The notes below the pieces were generated by a model, which did no database searches, was not told where the DNA came from, and saw only the letters and a program-made list of their open reading frames with translations. A DNA stretch of 64,000 bases from assembly GCA_944381555.1 (NCBI GenBank), contig CALWLL010000039.1:1717-65716 (forward strand), written 5' to 3'. Shown here one piece after another: positions 28,840 through 38,544 of this stretch. The position numbers and the translations under genes were made by a program. Origin of the DNA: an uncultured Agathobacter sp. (GTDB lineage: Bacteria > Bacillota > Clostridia > Lachnospirales > Lachnospiraceae). The stretch's first letter is position 1. The number at the start of each line of letters is the position of its first letter.

Positions 28840-31104
28840 TTATTGTCCTAACAAGCTGCTGATAGAACTTGTCTGGCTGTTCAAATTAGAAAGCGCCTTC
28901 TCCATCTGCGTAAACTTGTTGTAGTAGTAGTCTTCTTTCTCAGATACCTTTTCCTCCCACTTTGCAATCATTTCTGCGTAATTGGCAAGCTGCTTGTCCA
29001 TCTCTTTATCGTTGTAGACCTTATAAGCTGAGCTTAAATCAGTCGACTTCATCTTCTTGTCAATTTCCGTGTACAGATTGCTTGTGAGCTTCTGCATAAA
29101 TTCCACTACCTGATCAGGATTTTCTTCAATGGCTGCCATTAACTTATCCTTCTTGCCTGAGGTATTTTCGTCATCCTCATCTCCGTCAATATGATAAGCA
29201 TAATGCTCATTCTCTGCCGCATTCAAATATCCCATTGTTGAAATACCGAATGTTGATAAGCTTAACTTCTCGCCATTTACCTCATAGACCTGCGCCATAG
29301 AGTTCACCATTACGGACATTACGCTGTTTAGCGTTGTATCACGGCGGAGAAGGGAATCCTTAATCTTGTTCTCCCACTTTTCAATCTGTTCTTCTGACAT
29401 AGCCTCTTTTTCTTCATCCGTCAGGGGCTCATAGTCGCTGGCAGACTCTGCGTTGTAAAGCTTTGTCATCTCATTGATTACATTATTGTATTCGGTTAAG
29501 AAGTCCTTAATCTTATCGTAAATGCCCTGCGTATCAACGCTTGTTGTAATCTGGATTGCATTGGCATCACCCGCACCTGTTACTGCGGTTGCGTTAATCG
29601 TAAGTCCATTTACCGTGAAGCTGTTTGTTGAACTTGTAAACTGTACGCCGTTTAACTCAATGACCGCATCCGAAGCATCAATCTTAACTGCCCCGCCCGC
29701 TGTATAAGCTCCGGTATCATCAGATAAAATCTCATTTGCCCGGACAGCCTTCTCTGCCATCTCATATACGGCGCGCTCTAATCTTGTAAGATTTTCTTCT
29801 TCTGTACCTTCGTTATCATTCTGGATTGCTATGAACTCATCAATATCCAGCGCTTCCTGTGCAGCTTTCGCATCTGCCATAGCACTTTCGGCATCTTTAA
29901 TGATGGTTTCATTTGCGGAGATAAGTCCCGGAAGTTCTGCCAGACGGTCAATCTCTTTGATTTCCGTCTGTGCTGCTGTCTGCGCCTCCGTTGCTGCCGT
30001 CAATTCTTCGTTGGCTGTGGCTAACTGTTCCTCCAATGCTGCCTTATCCGCTTCATAAGTAGGGGAAGTGGTATCTAATGCTGCAATCTGATTTTCCAAA
30101 TCCCTTACTTTCGCTTCCGCATTTGCCGCATTTTCATTCAGAACTGACATATTTGCTTCTAACTCTGCTTTTCTTGCAGCCGTATCAACACCGTCATATT
30201 TCTTCTGAAGTTCTTCCAGTTCTTCCTGCAACTCCCGGTTTTCGGCTTCGGTTTTTAAAGCCTTGCCGTTTTGCGTATTCCATTCTTTCTGAAGCTCATC
30301 ATATTTCTGGATCTGTTCATTGATATATGCTTTTACTTCCTCTACATCAACCGTACCATTTCCATCTGTATCTGTGGCATTCACATAAAATCTCTCATAT
30401 GCCTCCTGATATGCCGCTGCGGATGCAGTAAAACTTTTTTCGCCTGTTGTACTGTCCACCGATACAAGGGCCACATCCAATCCAAGTACTTTCAGTGCCT
30501 CTTCACCATTTTCGTCAATACCGGTTAAGGTAAAATCTCCTGCGATGCCGGAATCCTTTGCGCTTACGAAAATACGGCGGTTATTTGTATCGAACCCCGC
30601 ATTAAGACCTGCGCCTTTTAGAGAACTGATAAAATCATTTACCGTTGTATCTGCGGTAATCTTAATCTGCTCGGTCGTTCCATCATTTTTCTTTACTTCA
30701 ATGGTAGAATCTCCTCCGGTATAACCGAGTTCAGATAATTTGGTTTCTGCTGTTACCCCTTTATCCAGTTGCCCGCCCGTTATATATCCACTCTGGGCAG
30801 TCTGTAAAATGTTTAGCTTCTGTGTACCGGTAACTGCTTCTGCGGAAGCTGTTACTGTTGCTTTTGTATTGTCTGAAACAGATACTTTTCTTAGGTTGTA
30901 TGCAGATGATAAACGTAAGTTGGACAGATTGGTGTAAAGCCCGTAAATCTTGGTATTTAAGCTCTTCCACACATCCTGCTTCCAGGTAAGTTTGGTCTGT
31001 GCTTTTTCGTATTTTTCCGTTTTTAGACTGTATGCAGATACAAGTTCCTGAACGATAGCATCTGTGTCCAGTCCGGAATTGATTCCGGATAAACGAATTG
31101 CCAT
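28840..31104 (-). CDS. fliD: flagellar filament capping protein FliD
   Basis: 754-aa ORF. The N-terminus is MAIRLSGINSGLDTDAIVQELV. The middle has a long Ala/Glu coiled-coil insert. The C-terminal region is FliD-like. Confidence 0.9.
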   Translation of the reverse strand: MAIRLSGINSGLDTDAIVQELVSAYSLKTEKYEKAQTKLTWKQDVWKSLNTKIYGLYTNLSNLRLSSAYNLRKVSVSDNTKATVTASAEAVTGTQKLNILQTAQSGYITGGQLDKGVTAETKLSELGYTGGDSTIEVKKNDGTTEQIKITADTTVNDFISSLKGAGLNAGFDTNNRRIFVSAKDSGIAGDFTLTGIDENGEEALKVLGLDVALVSVDSTTGEKSFTASAAAYQEAYERFYVNATDTDGNGTVDVEEVKAYINEQIQKYDELQKEWNTQNGKALKTEAENRELQEELEELQKKYDGVDTAARKAELEANMSVLNENAANAEAKVRDLENQIAALDTTSPTYEADKAALEEQLATANEELTAATEAQTAAQTEIKEIDRLAELPGLISANETIIKDAESAMADAKAAQEALDIDEFIAIQNDNEGTEEENLTRLERAVYEMAEKAVRANEILSDDTGAYTAGGAVKIDASDAVIELNGVQFTSSTNSFTVNGLTINATAVTGAGDANAIQITTSVDTQGIYDKIKDFLTEYNNVINEMTKLYNAESASDYEPLTDEEKEAMSEEQIEKWENKIKDSLLRRDTTLNSVMSVMVNSMAQVYEVNGEKLSLSTFGISTMGYLNAAENEHYAYHIDGDEDDENTSGKKDKLMAAIEENPDQVVEFMQKLTSNLYTEIDKKMKSTDLSSAYKVYNDKEMDKQLANYAEMIAKWEEKVSEKEDYYYNKFTQMEKALSNLNSQTSSISSLLGQ

Positions 31105-31122
31105 AATACTCTCCTTTCCTGA

Positions 31123-31575
31123 TTAACGCTTCTCGTCAACCATAAGCCCTGCCATTTCCCAGACCTTGGCGATCATATCCAATGTCTTTTCCGGCGGAAA
31201 TTCCTTAATTACTTCTTTGGTCTGCTTGTCCACAATTTTAATGGTTACACGATTGGTATCTTCATGCACACCGAAAATTGCTTCCGAATTCTTCGCGCGT
31301 TTGTTGATGTCTTCTACCGCTTTTTTAATCTGTGCCTGTTTTGCCTGATGCGCTTCAATTAATTCGCTCATGCTAGCGCCTGCGCTGCTGGTATCCCCTG
31401 CACTTTCGCCGCTTGCCTGCTTTGTATTTATCGCAGACGTTTCTTTTGCGATGTTTTCTGATGTTACTGCAATTTCTGTTTTTTCAACTTTGACCGCTGC
31501 CTCTGCGCGAACCTCCGCAGACGAGCTACTTCCCTGATACGTCATGCCTGCGCCTTTGATTGCCTCAATTGCCAT
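31123..31575 (-). CDS. flaG: FlaG family flagellar protein
   Basis: 150-aa ORF. The C-terminal FGVHEDTNRVTIKIVDKQTKEVIKEFPPEKTLDM is FlaG-like. It sits in the position before fliD. Confidence 0.8.
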   Translation of the reverse strand: MAIEAIKGAGMTYQGSSSSAEVRAEAAVKVEKTEIAVTSENIAKETSAINTKQASGESAGDTSSAGASMSELIEAHQAKQAQIKKAVEDINKRAKNSEAIFGVHEDTNRVTIKIVDKQTKEVIKEFPPEKTLDMIAKVWEMAGLMVDEKR

Positions 31576-31594
31576 TTTTTACACCTCCATGTGT

Positions 31595-31810
31595 TTACAT
31601 AAATTCTTTTAATGCATCCAATCCTTCCGGACTGAAACTTGCTTTGTTCTCCTCTTGAATCTGTAAATATACTTCTTTACGGTATATCGGCACATCCTTT
31701 GGTGCTGAAATACCGATTTTTACCTGATCTCCACGCACCTCTAAGATTGTAATCTCAACATTATTGTTTACCATTAAGGCTTCGCCTTTTTTTCTTGTCA
31801 ATGCTAACAT
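31595..31810 (-). CDS. csrA: carbon storage regulator CsrA
   Basis: 71-aa ORF with MLALTRKKGEALMV...VKIGISAPKDVPIYRKEVY. Confidence 0.93.
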   Translation of the reverse strand: MLALTRKKGEALMVNNNVEITILEVRGDQVKIGISAPKDVPIYRKEVYLQIQEENKASFSPEGLDALKEFM

Positions 31811-31812
31811 CT

Positions 31813-32277
31813 CTATTCACCTGCTTTCTCTTTGCTTGCTTTAAGCAGGTCGTAGATTTTGTATTTTACAGGATAGTCGTCTTCTGTAATAATCTGCGCC
31901 CCTTTATTGGTATCTAAGTTAATAACAATCGGCGCCTTTAAGTTTACAGAAAAATCTTCCACCTTCTTTGGAACAGTTACTGTTACCAGAAGATATGTAT
32001 TCTCTTCATGAAATTCTCCTAATGGAGCGATAATTTCTTCATTAACGGATGGTCTGTAGTCTCCTATGAAATGACTTGGATCAATAACCGGAAAGGCCAC
32101 ATTTCCGTCGTCCATAGACTGAAGCCACATAATCTTAAATGCTTTGTCCTTTTTCTCTTCATCAAAGATCAATGCAAAATGTGTAAGTTCCGGGAATCCA
32201 ATCATTCCCTTTTCCATTGTGATGATTTTATCATCAGCAATGTCAATAGTGCCAAATACTCTTGTTACTGCCTTCAT
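31813..32277 (-). CDS. fliW: flagellar assembly factor FliW
   Basis: 154-aa ORF with FGTIDIADDKIITMEKGMIGFPE and WLQS motifs. Directly upstream of csrA. Confidence 0.9.
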   Translation of the reverse strand: MKAVTRVFGTIDIADDKIITMEKGMIGFPELTHFALIFDEEKKDKAFKIMWLQSMDDGNVAFPVIDPSHFIGDYRPSVNEEIIAPLGEFHEENTYLLVTVTVPKKVEDFSVNLKAPIVINLDTNKGAQIITEDDYPVKYKIYDLLKASKEKAGE

Positions 32278-32325
32278 GGTTTTACTTCCTCCTTCGTCTC
32301 CGACGATTTTTTATTGCTGTTTATT

Positions 32326-33867
32326 CTAAATGTAATCAAGAAGTGTTCTCTCGCCCAGCTTACCCGCTGCGGTTAGCGATGACTGATAAGCATTGTATGA
32401 AGCATAATAATCTATGATAATGTCTGAAATATCTCTGTCTTCATTCTGCGACTTCAGTTCTTCGATGGTTGTCTGTTGGTTTTCCACACGGGTCTGCGTC
32501 ATGGTCAGACGGTTCTTCATACTGCCGACATTGGTATTTGCGATATTTACGGATTCCAGATATCCGTCAAATCTCGTGATATACTGCTCATAGGTCTTCT
32601 GGAGATTATCATCTGCAAAATCTGCTTCTTTCTTTGCCGCATCCAGATAGGTCTGCAGCATTGCCTGAGAATCCTCATCCTGATACTGCGCCTCTTTCAT
32701 CATGCTCTCAAGCTTTGTAACCTTGTCATTCGTATCAATTGCCTTCTGCACTACATTAATCAGTTCATCTACATCGCGTTTAATATCGGAATCAAACACA
32801 TCACTCGCCTGTGTGTTGATGGTAATGCTGGTGTTATTGGCGATGGTGTAGTTAATATCCTGATTTTCTTTGGTGTACTCTACATGTTTGGTCGGATCGT
32901 CGTCTGTAATATCCACACAATCATAATAGTATTCCGGCTTTAATTCACCCTCATCAAAACCTTTCTTGGTGTACTCTGCGCTGATAGAAGCTCTTCCGTC
33001 CGAAATGGTATTTGCAATCTCTTTTCCAAAAATAAGTTCACCCGTTTCTTTGATGTAAACAACCTCATCATCACCTACAACCTTACCCTCTAAACCGGCC
33101 GCCTGCTTTTGTGCTTCCCATTCGGCCTCTGTCTCGTAAAAACTGACATTCGCAGCCGTCGTTACATTTCCGGCGTCATCTGTTGTTACCAAATCTGTAG
33201 TAACACCGCCAATTGTATACGACAGATTATTAAGCTCCGTATCACCGTTATATGCAAAGCGGATTCTTTCGTAAGAATTTTCCGAAATCGTTGTCGTACA
33301 TTCTGTTACCGTATTCGTCAGCGCTTCAGGAACAATTACATCTCCTGTATAGTAACGCTTTTCCTCTAAATCATCAAAGTTAAATTCCTGCTTAATACGA
33401 TAAGTGGTGTCAACCTCATCTTCTTCAAATGTTAATGTAGAAGATGTCCGGTAACCCGTAAATACGCTCTTTCCGGCATAATCTGCATTGCCCTCTGTAT
33501 ATACCTGCTCCGCCAGCGATTTTAAGTTATCTAAGATAATCTTGCGGTCATCTGCATTCTTCGCATCCGTAGAGCCGTTTACGCACTGGGTACGAATGTC
33601 ACGCAAAAGGCTAATCATATTCGTAAGCGCGGTCTCTGTCACGTCCATCCATGCGCTTGCATCCGGAATGTTATTGTCAACATATTGGTTGATATGACTC
33701 ATTGTCGTCGACAAACGAAGAGAGCGGATTGCAATTACCGGATTCTCGGAAGCCTTAGAAATCTTCTTCTGGGTTGTCATCTGAGTATTGTATTTGTCTA
33801 CAAGAAGTTTGTTCGAATTGATATTCGACTTTGTATTTCTTGTAATCATACTATTCGTAATACGCAT
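32326..33867 (-). CDS. flgL: flagellar hook-associated protein 3 FlgL
   Basis: 513-aa ORF with a flagellin-like N-terminus (MRITNSMITRN...KISKASENPVIAIRSLRL) and C-terminal helices. It follows flgK. Confidence 0.85.
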   Translation of the reverse strand: MRITNSMITRNTKSNINSNKLLVDKYNTQMTTQKKISKASENPVIAIRSLRLSTTMSHINQYVDNNIPDASAWMDVTETALTNMISLLRDIRTQCVNGSTDAKNADDRKIILDNLKSLAEQVYTEGNADYAGKSVFTGYRTSSTLTFEEDEVDTTYRIKQEFNFDDLEEKRYYTGDVIVPEALTNTVTECTTTISENSYERIRFAYNGDTELNNLSYTIGGVTTDLVTTDDAGNVTTAANVSFYETEAEWEAQKQAAGLEGKVVGDDEVVYIKETGELIFGKEIANTISDGRASISAEYTKKGFDEGELKPEYYYDCVDITDDDPTKHVEYTKENQDINYTIANNTSITINTQASDVFDSDIKRDVDELINVVQKAIDTNDKVTKLESMMKEAQYQDEDSQAMLQTYLDAAKKEADFADDNLQKTYEQYITRFDGYLESVNIANTNVGSMKNRLTMTQTRVENQQTTIEELKSQNEDRDISDIIIDYYASYNAYQSSLTAAGKLGERTLLDYI

Positions 33868-33978
33868 GTAATCCTCCTAACGACTTCCCTGTCTGTATTT
33901 TTACTAATTATACCATACTCTCCGATTATTTTGTATGTATATTCCGTTTCTTTTATGGAGATTGTCCATAAAAGAATT

Positions 33979-34010
33979 ATGTCAGAGGGCAATCCTAGTC
34001 CCTCTGACAT
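33979..34010 (-). terminator. hairpin plus U-rich tract between flgK and flgL (attenuator or partial terminator)
   Basis: Stem ATGTCAGAGGG/CCCTCTGACAT followed by AATTCTTTTAT. A second 10-bp hairpin lies at 33950-33974. Confidence 0.5.
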
Positions 34011-34032
34011 AGTTATCGGCTAAAACTTTGAT

Positions 34033-35856
34033 TTACGTAACCCCTGTTTCATTAATTAATTTATCATAAATTTCTGACATGACAGAGATTACCTTGGAAT
34101 TAAGATTGTATGCATTCTGGTATTTCACAAGATTTAGTGCTTCTTCATCTTCGTCCACGCCAGATATTGACATTCTTTGGTTTGTAATAACCGTTTCCAT
34201 ATTGTAATAATTATTATAAAAAACTTCTGTTTTTTCTGTATCAACTGCGATATCCGACAATAAAGTCTCCAAAAACGCGCTTGCATTGTCGCCCCGGAAC
34301 ATGGTTACATCCTCCTGAAGCTTCATCATCTCCTCAATAAGGTCATATGCATCCGCACCATTTGTAATATCTACAGTAGTAGCAAAATAACCCGGATCTT
34401 TGATTGATTTATCATTTACTTTTATGTTAGAGGATGTGAGCTGGTGATACCCGTCTGATGAAGATGATATTACATTTTCATCAAAATCATATATCTCTCC
34501 GGTCTTAGATTCTCCCACAAAGAAAGCACCCATTTGCTCTCCGTCTAAGGTTTCGCCCTTTTTTTGAATATCATTAAACATTTGGACAAAGTTACGAAGA
34601 AATTCGTTAATCTGCTGCTGATAGTATGGAATCCCCATAGAATCAACACTATCGCCGACAACGATCTTTTTATTATCAACAGACACTGCTATCATCGGGT
34701 CAATTTCTTCTTCTAAAGTAAAAGTGATTTCGGAAATTTCACCCTCACCATCTAACACAGCTTCCCAGGAACTGTAAGCAAACGTACGATTGCCGATTTC
34801 TACTGTTCCCTCTGCCGGAATATTAAGCGCATTTACCGTAGCGTTAGAAGGCGTGGAAAGCGTAACCGTTGTATATTTTCCGTCTGCATCCTGCATCAGA
34901 GCCGCAGTACCGGACATTGCCTCGTTATTATTGCCGTCACGAAGATCAAACAGTGCCTTTAATGTACCGCTTGCAGTTTCTGTTGTTGCCGCAAACGCCC
35001 CCTTGGTATCCGCCCAAACGATGTCGTACATACCGACCGCATCTGTCTGGTTATTCTTATATTCTGCCGAAACACACTCCAACTGACGATAGTCATTGCC
35101 GTCTACCAGAAGCTGTCCGTTAATAAATACACTGAAGTTTGTTCCGCCGAGATTTTCGCCATATGTATTTTTTACTTCGTATTCATCTGTATTTACACTA
35201 ACAATCGAAGATAACTCGTCTAAGAGAAGGGCTCTCTTATCTCTTAACTCATTGGCATATCCGCCGTTTAATTCCAGTTTGTTGATTTCTTTATTGATAA
35301 GCGCAATCTTTTCACCAATGGAATTGATATTCTGTACGGTACTTGCAATTTCTTCATTTGTATCTTTCTGTAGTTCTGTTAACGAATCTGATACAGAATT
35401 GAAATAGGTACATAAACTCTGCGCCTGATGAATAAACTGGTTACGCACGCTGGCGTCGCTGGCATTTCCGCCATTTAAAGTATCTAATGCATTAAACATC
35501 TTCGAAAAGATGGTGGAAAATCCTTCCTGTATGCCATCATCTGCAAATATATTTTCTACCTGCGCCAGATAATATAATTTCTGATCAAAATATCCCAGAC
35601 TGGAGTTATTTTCCCAATACTTTGTATCATAATAGATATCTCTCTGCTGCAAAATAGACGTAACTGCAACTCCCGTACCTGCACTTCCGTACTTTGCATA
35701 TATACGAAGCGGATTCGTTGCCTCTAATGTTGTAACCTGACGGGAATAACCTTCGGTCTTTACATTCGATATGTTATTTGCCGTTGTATTTATGGCTGCC
35801 TGAAATGCAGCAATTCCACTGGCGCCTATATTTAGTCCGAAAAATTGTGAAGGCAT
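34033..35856 (-). CDS. flgK: flagellar hook-associated protein 1 FlgK
   Basis: 607-aa ORF. The N-terminus has FGLNIGASGIAAFQAAINTTANNISNVKTEGYSRQ (rod/hook N-domain). The C-terminus has LVKYQNAYNLNSKVISVMSEIYDKLIN. Confidence 0.85.
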   Translation of the reverse strand: MPSQFFGLNIGASGIAAFQAAINTTANNISNVKTEGYSRQVTTLEATNPLRIYAKYGSAGTGVAVTSILQQRDIYYDTKYWENNSSLGYFDQKLYYLAQVENIFADDGIQEGFSTIFSKMFNALDTLNGGNASDASVRNQFIHQAQSLCTYFNSVSDSLTELQKDTNEEIASTVQNINSIGEKIALINKEINKLELNGGYANELRDKRALLLDELSSIVSVNTDEYEVKNTYGENLGGTNFSVFINGQLLVDGNDYRQLECVSAEYKNNQTDAVGMYDIVWADTKGAFAATTETASGTLKALFDLRDGNNNEAMSGTAALMQDADGKYTTVTLSTPSNATVNALNIPAEGTVEIGNRTFAYSSWEAVLDGEGEISEITFTLEEEIDPMIAVSVDNKKIVVGDSVDSMGIPYYQQQINEFLRNFVQMFNDIQKKGETLDGEQMGAFFVGESKTGEIYDFDENVISSSSDGYHQLTSSNIKVNDKSIKDPGYFATTVDITNGADAYDLIEEMMKLQEDVTMFRGDNASAFLETLLSDIAVDTEKTEVFYNNYYNMETVITNQRMSISGVDEDEEALNLVKYQNAYNLNSKVISVMSEIYDKLINETGVT

Positions 35857-35872
35857 TTTGTCACTCCCCTTC

Positions 35873-37597
35873 CTAGATTAGTCCTGTTACAATCAGTTCT
35901 GTCATCTGGCTGATTACATTCATGTACCGGCTGGATGCGTTATATGCAGACTGGTATTTAATTAGTTTTGTTAATTCTTCGTCACTGGAAACACCCATAA
36001 TCTGGTCACGTTTGTTATCAACCGACATAACTGTATTCGTTAAGGTATCCCTCGAAGATTTGTATATACTGCCCGTTGTACCAAGATTCCCAATCATCTT
36101 GTCATAGAATCCCTGAAACGTGCATGGGTACTGGTCTCCCGGGTTAATATGCATTCCCGTTACATCCCATGCAGCGGCAAGTTCTTCACCCAATGCGTAA
36201 TTGACTGCGCCATCCTGTGTAAATGCAGGAAGCAGCGTTACCTGCTTGGTTAAATCTTCATTTACCTGTATATTGCCAATGCGGTAGAGTGTGTTTGAAT
36301 CACTTGGGTCTTCTTCATTATACACATATACTTCATTGCCCTCAGCGTCATATGCCACAGTATAACGTTCCACGCCGATGCGCTCAAAGAGTTCTCTTGG
36401 AGGCAATTGCTCATCTGCGCCAACAGAGGCTTTCTCTTCATCCAGAATCTTAATGTTAGAGCCTGCTGCATAAATAACATTTCCATCTGCATCATACAGT
36501 TCATTTCCCGCCGTAACTTCATAGTCCATAGTCGGGGAGAAAATGTCATTCATCGTTGTAATAATACTGTGGAACAACAAATCTACCTGTGCCTCACATT
36601 CCACCATAAGCCTGTCTTCAATTTTACTATAGGCTTCTGCATCCAGCAAATCTGCATAAGTTCCAAACGTATCACCCCTCATAAGAAGCTTTGCTTTAAT
36701 GGAACCTACGTCTGTATTCATTTCCGAAGATATCTCTCCCTCCGTCCGGAAAGCAGCTACATACTGGCCCGTTTCTAAATCAGACAAATGCGGCCAGTAT
36801 GGCGTAGAAAACGCAGTCCCTTTTTCCTTAAAGGTACTCAGATGAAAACAGCCCATTTCATTGATGAATTCTACCCCCTCCATTGAAACATGGACGAACC
36901 CGTAGCTGTCCTCTCTGACATCAATATTGGCATAGGCAGATAATTCATCTAAGAGCAGGTCTCTCTCGTCCCTTAGCGTCATAGCTGTCTCTACGCCGTT
37001 TGATTCTACCTTCTGAATCTCCAGATTCAGTTCGTAGATACGGTCTCCTATCTCATTAACCGCCTTAATATCATCCACAATCTGAGCATCAATATTGGCC
37101 TGATAATTCTGAAATTCCGTATAAAGCGACTGGCTGCGGCTTACAAGAAGTTCCGCTTTCTGAATAACCAGATTCTGTGTTACGGAATCCGCCGGTGTTT
37201 TTGCCAATTCCTGAAAAGCGGTCCACAGATTTTCCACGCTCTGTTTGAACTCTTCACCATCTAATTCCTGAAATAAGTCTTCTACATATGATGTTGTTTC
37301 GTAACACACGCCATAAAAAGCCTCACGTCCGCTCTCGAGACGATAAGACTTGTCTAAAAAAATATCTCTTGCATGAACTACGTCTCCAATAGACACACCC
37401 AGACCTGACTGATGCATATTGGTTCTAATCGTCGGCTGCTGCAAGAGATCATATCTTTTATCAGAAAAACGAACCTGCTGACGGACATACCCATCGGTAT
37501 TTACGTTAGCAAGGTTGTTAGCTGTCGTATTTAGTGCGTTCTGGGCGCTCTGCAAACCGGAGGCGCCGATGTACATACTACCAAATCCGTTTGCCAT
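35873..37597 (-). CDS. second FlgK-family hook-associated protein (tandem paralogue)
   Basis: 574-aa ORF. The N-terminus has MYIGASGLQSAQNALNTTANNLANVNTDGYVRQ. The C-terminus has LIKYQSAYNASSRYMNVISQMTELI. AGGAGG RBS. Confidence 0.75.
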   Translation of the reverse strand: MANGFGSMYIGASGLQSAQNALNTTANNLANVNTDGYVRQQVRFSDKRYDLLQQPTIRTNMHQSGLGVSIGDVVHARDIFLDKSYRLESGREAFYGVCYETTSYVEDLFQELDGEEFKQSVENLWTAFQELAKTPADSVTQNLVIQKAELLVSRSQSLYTEFQNYQANIDAQIVDDIKAVNEIGDRIYELNLEIQKVESNGVETAMTLRDERDLLLDELSAYANIDVREDSYGFVHVSMEGVEFINEMGCFHLSTFKEKGTAFSTPYWPHLSDLETGQYVAAFRTEGEISSEMNTDVGSIKAKLLMRGDTFGTYADLLDAEAYSKIEDRLMVECEAQVDLLFHSIITTMNDIFSPTMDYEVTAGNELYDADGNVIYAAGSNIKILDEEKASVGADEQLPPRELFERIGVERYTVAYDAEGNEVYVYNEEDPSDSNTLYRIGNIQVNEDLTKQVTLLPAFTQDGAVNYALGEELAAAWDVTGMHINPGDQYPCTFQGFYDKMIGNLGTTGSIYKSSRDTLTNTVMSVDNKRDQIMGVSSDEELTKLIKYQSAYNASSRYMNVISQMTELIVTGLI

Positions 37598-37614
37598 TAG
37601 TGTTCCTCCTAATA

Positions 37615-38127
37615 CTACTGTTTTGCATCAAAACCACTGCCGCCTAAAAGCGTCCCTGTATTATAGGCGTTCTTATCATAATTCGCAGTTTCAGGAGCCT
37701 GCCTCATACTTTTAAATAAAGTAAGGTCAAACTCCGTCATTTCAATCGCATGATGCAGCAGAATAATATTCTGCTGATTTTTGTTCTGAACCCGTTTTGC
37801 TGCCTGAATGAGATTATCTCTTGCGGTGGTTAGTCGCTCCTGCACCTGTGGTTGTGAAGCAAGATACCCAATCAGGGAGGTCACCGTAAGTTTCTCCTCT
37901 GACCTGCCAAGTACATTCTTAATGTCATTTAATATTTGAATCTGCTTGTTGCTAAGAGCCAGCAGTTCATCACTTCTGGTCTGTTCTATAACTGTAAGCC
38001 TCTCAAGAGCCGGCACGTCTGCCCGCACCAGAATCTGCGTCTTCTCATCTGCACATTCTTCCAATGCGAGATATAACTTTTCTTCTTCTCTTAATACACT
38101 TACAAGTTCATCAACTAAACTAGCCAC
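37615..38127 (-). CDS. flgN: FlgN-family flagellar chaperone
   Basis: 170-aa helical ORF between flgM and flgK. GTG start after GAGGA. Confidence 0.6.
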   Translation of the reverse strand: MASLVDELVSVLREEEKLYLALEECADEKTQILVRADVPALERLTVIEQTRSDELLALSNKQIQILNDIKNVLGRSEEKLTVTSLIGYLASQPQVQERLTTARDNLIQAAKRVQNKNQQNIILLHHAIEMTEFDLTLFKSMRQAPETANYDKNAYNTGTLLGGSGFDAKQ

Positions 38128-38142
38128 CGTTATTCCTCATTT

Positions 38143-38430
38143 CTATGCCAAAAAATTGTTATACTTATTTAACAGTTTGTTCGCAAAGTCTTCAGGGGTT
38201 ACGGAGTATGTTCCTGCGTCAACCATCGCTTTAATTTTAGCAATTTTGTCTTCCCTGACATCAGACGCTTCTGATACCGCACTCTTAGCCACCTGATGAA
38301 CATATCCAACCTGTGAAATAGACAACTGATCGCTGCCCATAGAAGAGCCTTTATCCTTAGCAGGCGCACCGTAAGATTTCTGCTGCACTCCGTAAAGCTG
38401 TGCAACCTGATTATATGCATCTATACGCAT
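38143..38430 (-). CDS. flgM: anti-sigma-28 factor FlgM
   Basis: 95-aa ORF. The C-terminal VREDKIAKIKAMVDAGTYSVTPEDFANKLL is FlgM-like. Confidence 0.85.
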   Translation of the reverse strand: MRIDAYNQVAQLYGVQQKSYGAPAKDKGSSMGSDQLSISQVGYVHQVAKSAVSEASDVREDKIAKIKAMVDAGTYSVTPEDFANKLLNKYNNFLA

Positions 38431-38474
38431 AACAGCATCTCCTTTCTACCTTTAAATATAGCTTTCTACATTAT

Positions 38475-38501
38475 CTATCGGACGTTTTCTTTTTTTCTTT
38501 A
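38475..38501 (-). promoter_or_regulatory. sigma-28 promoter of the flgM...fliT late operon
   Basis: Minus strand reads TAAA-15 nt-TCCGATAG. Confidence 0.7.
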
Positions 38502-38544
38502 GCAAAAATAAGAAAAATTTCAAGAAATTATTTTAAACGGTATT

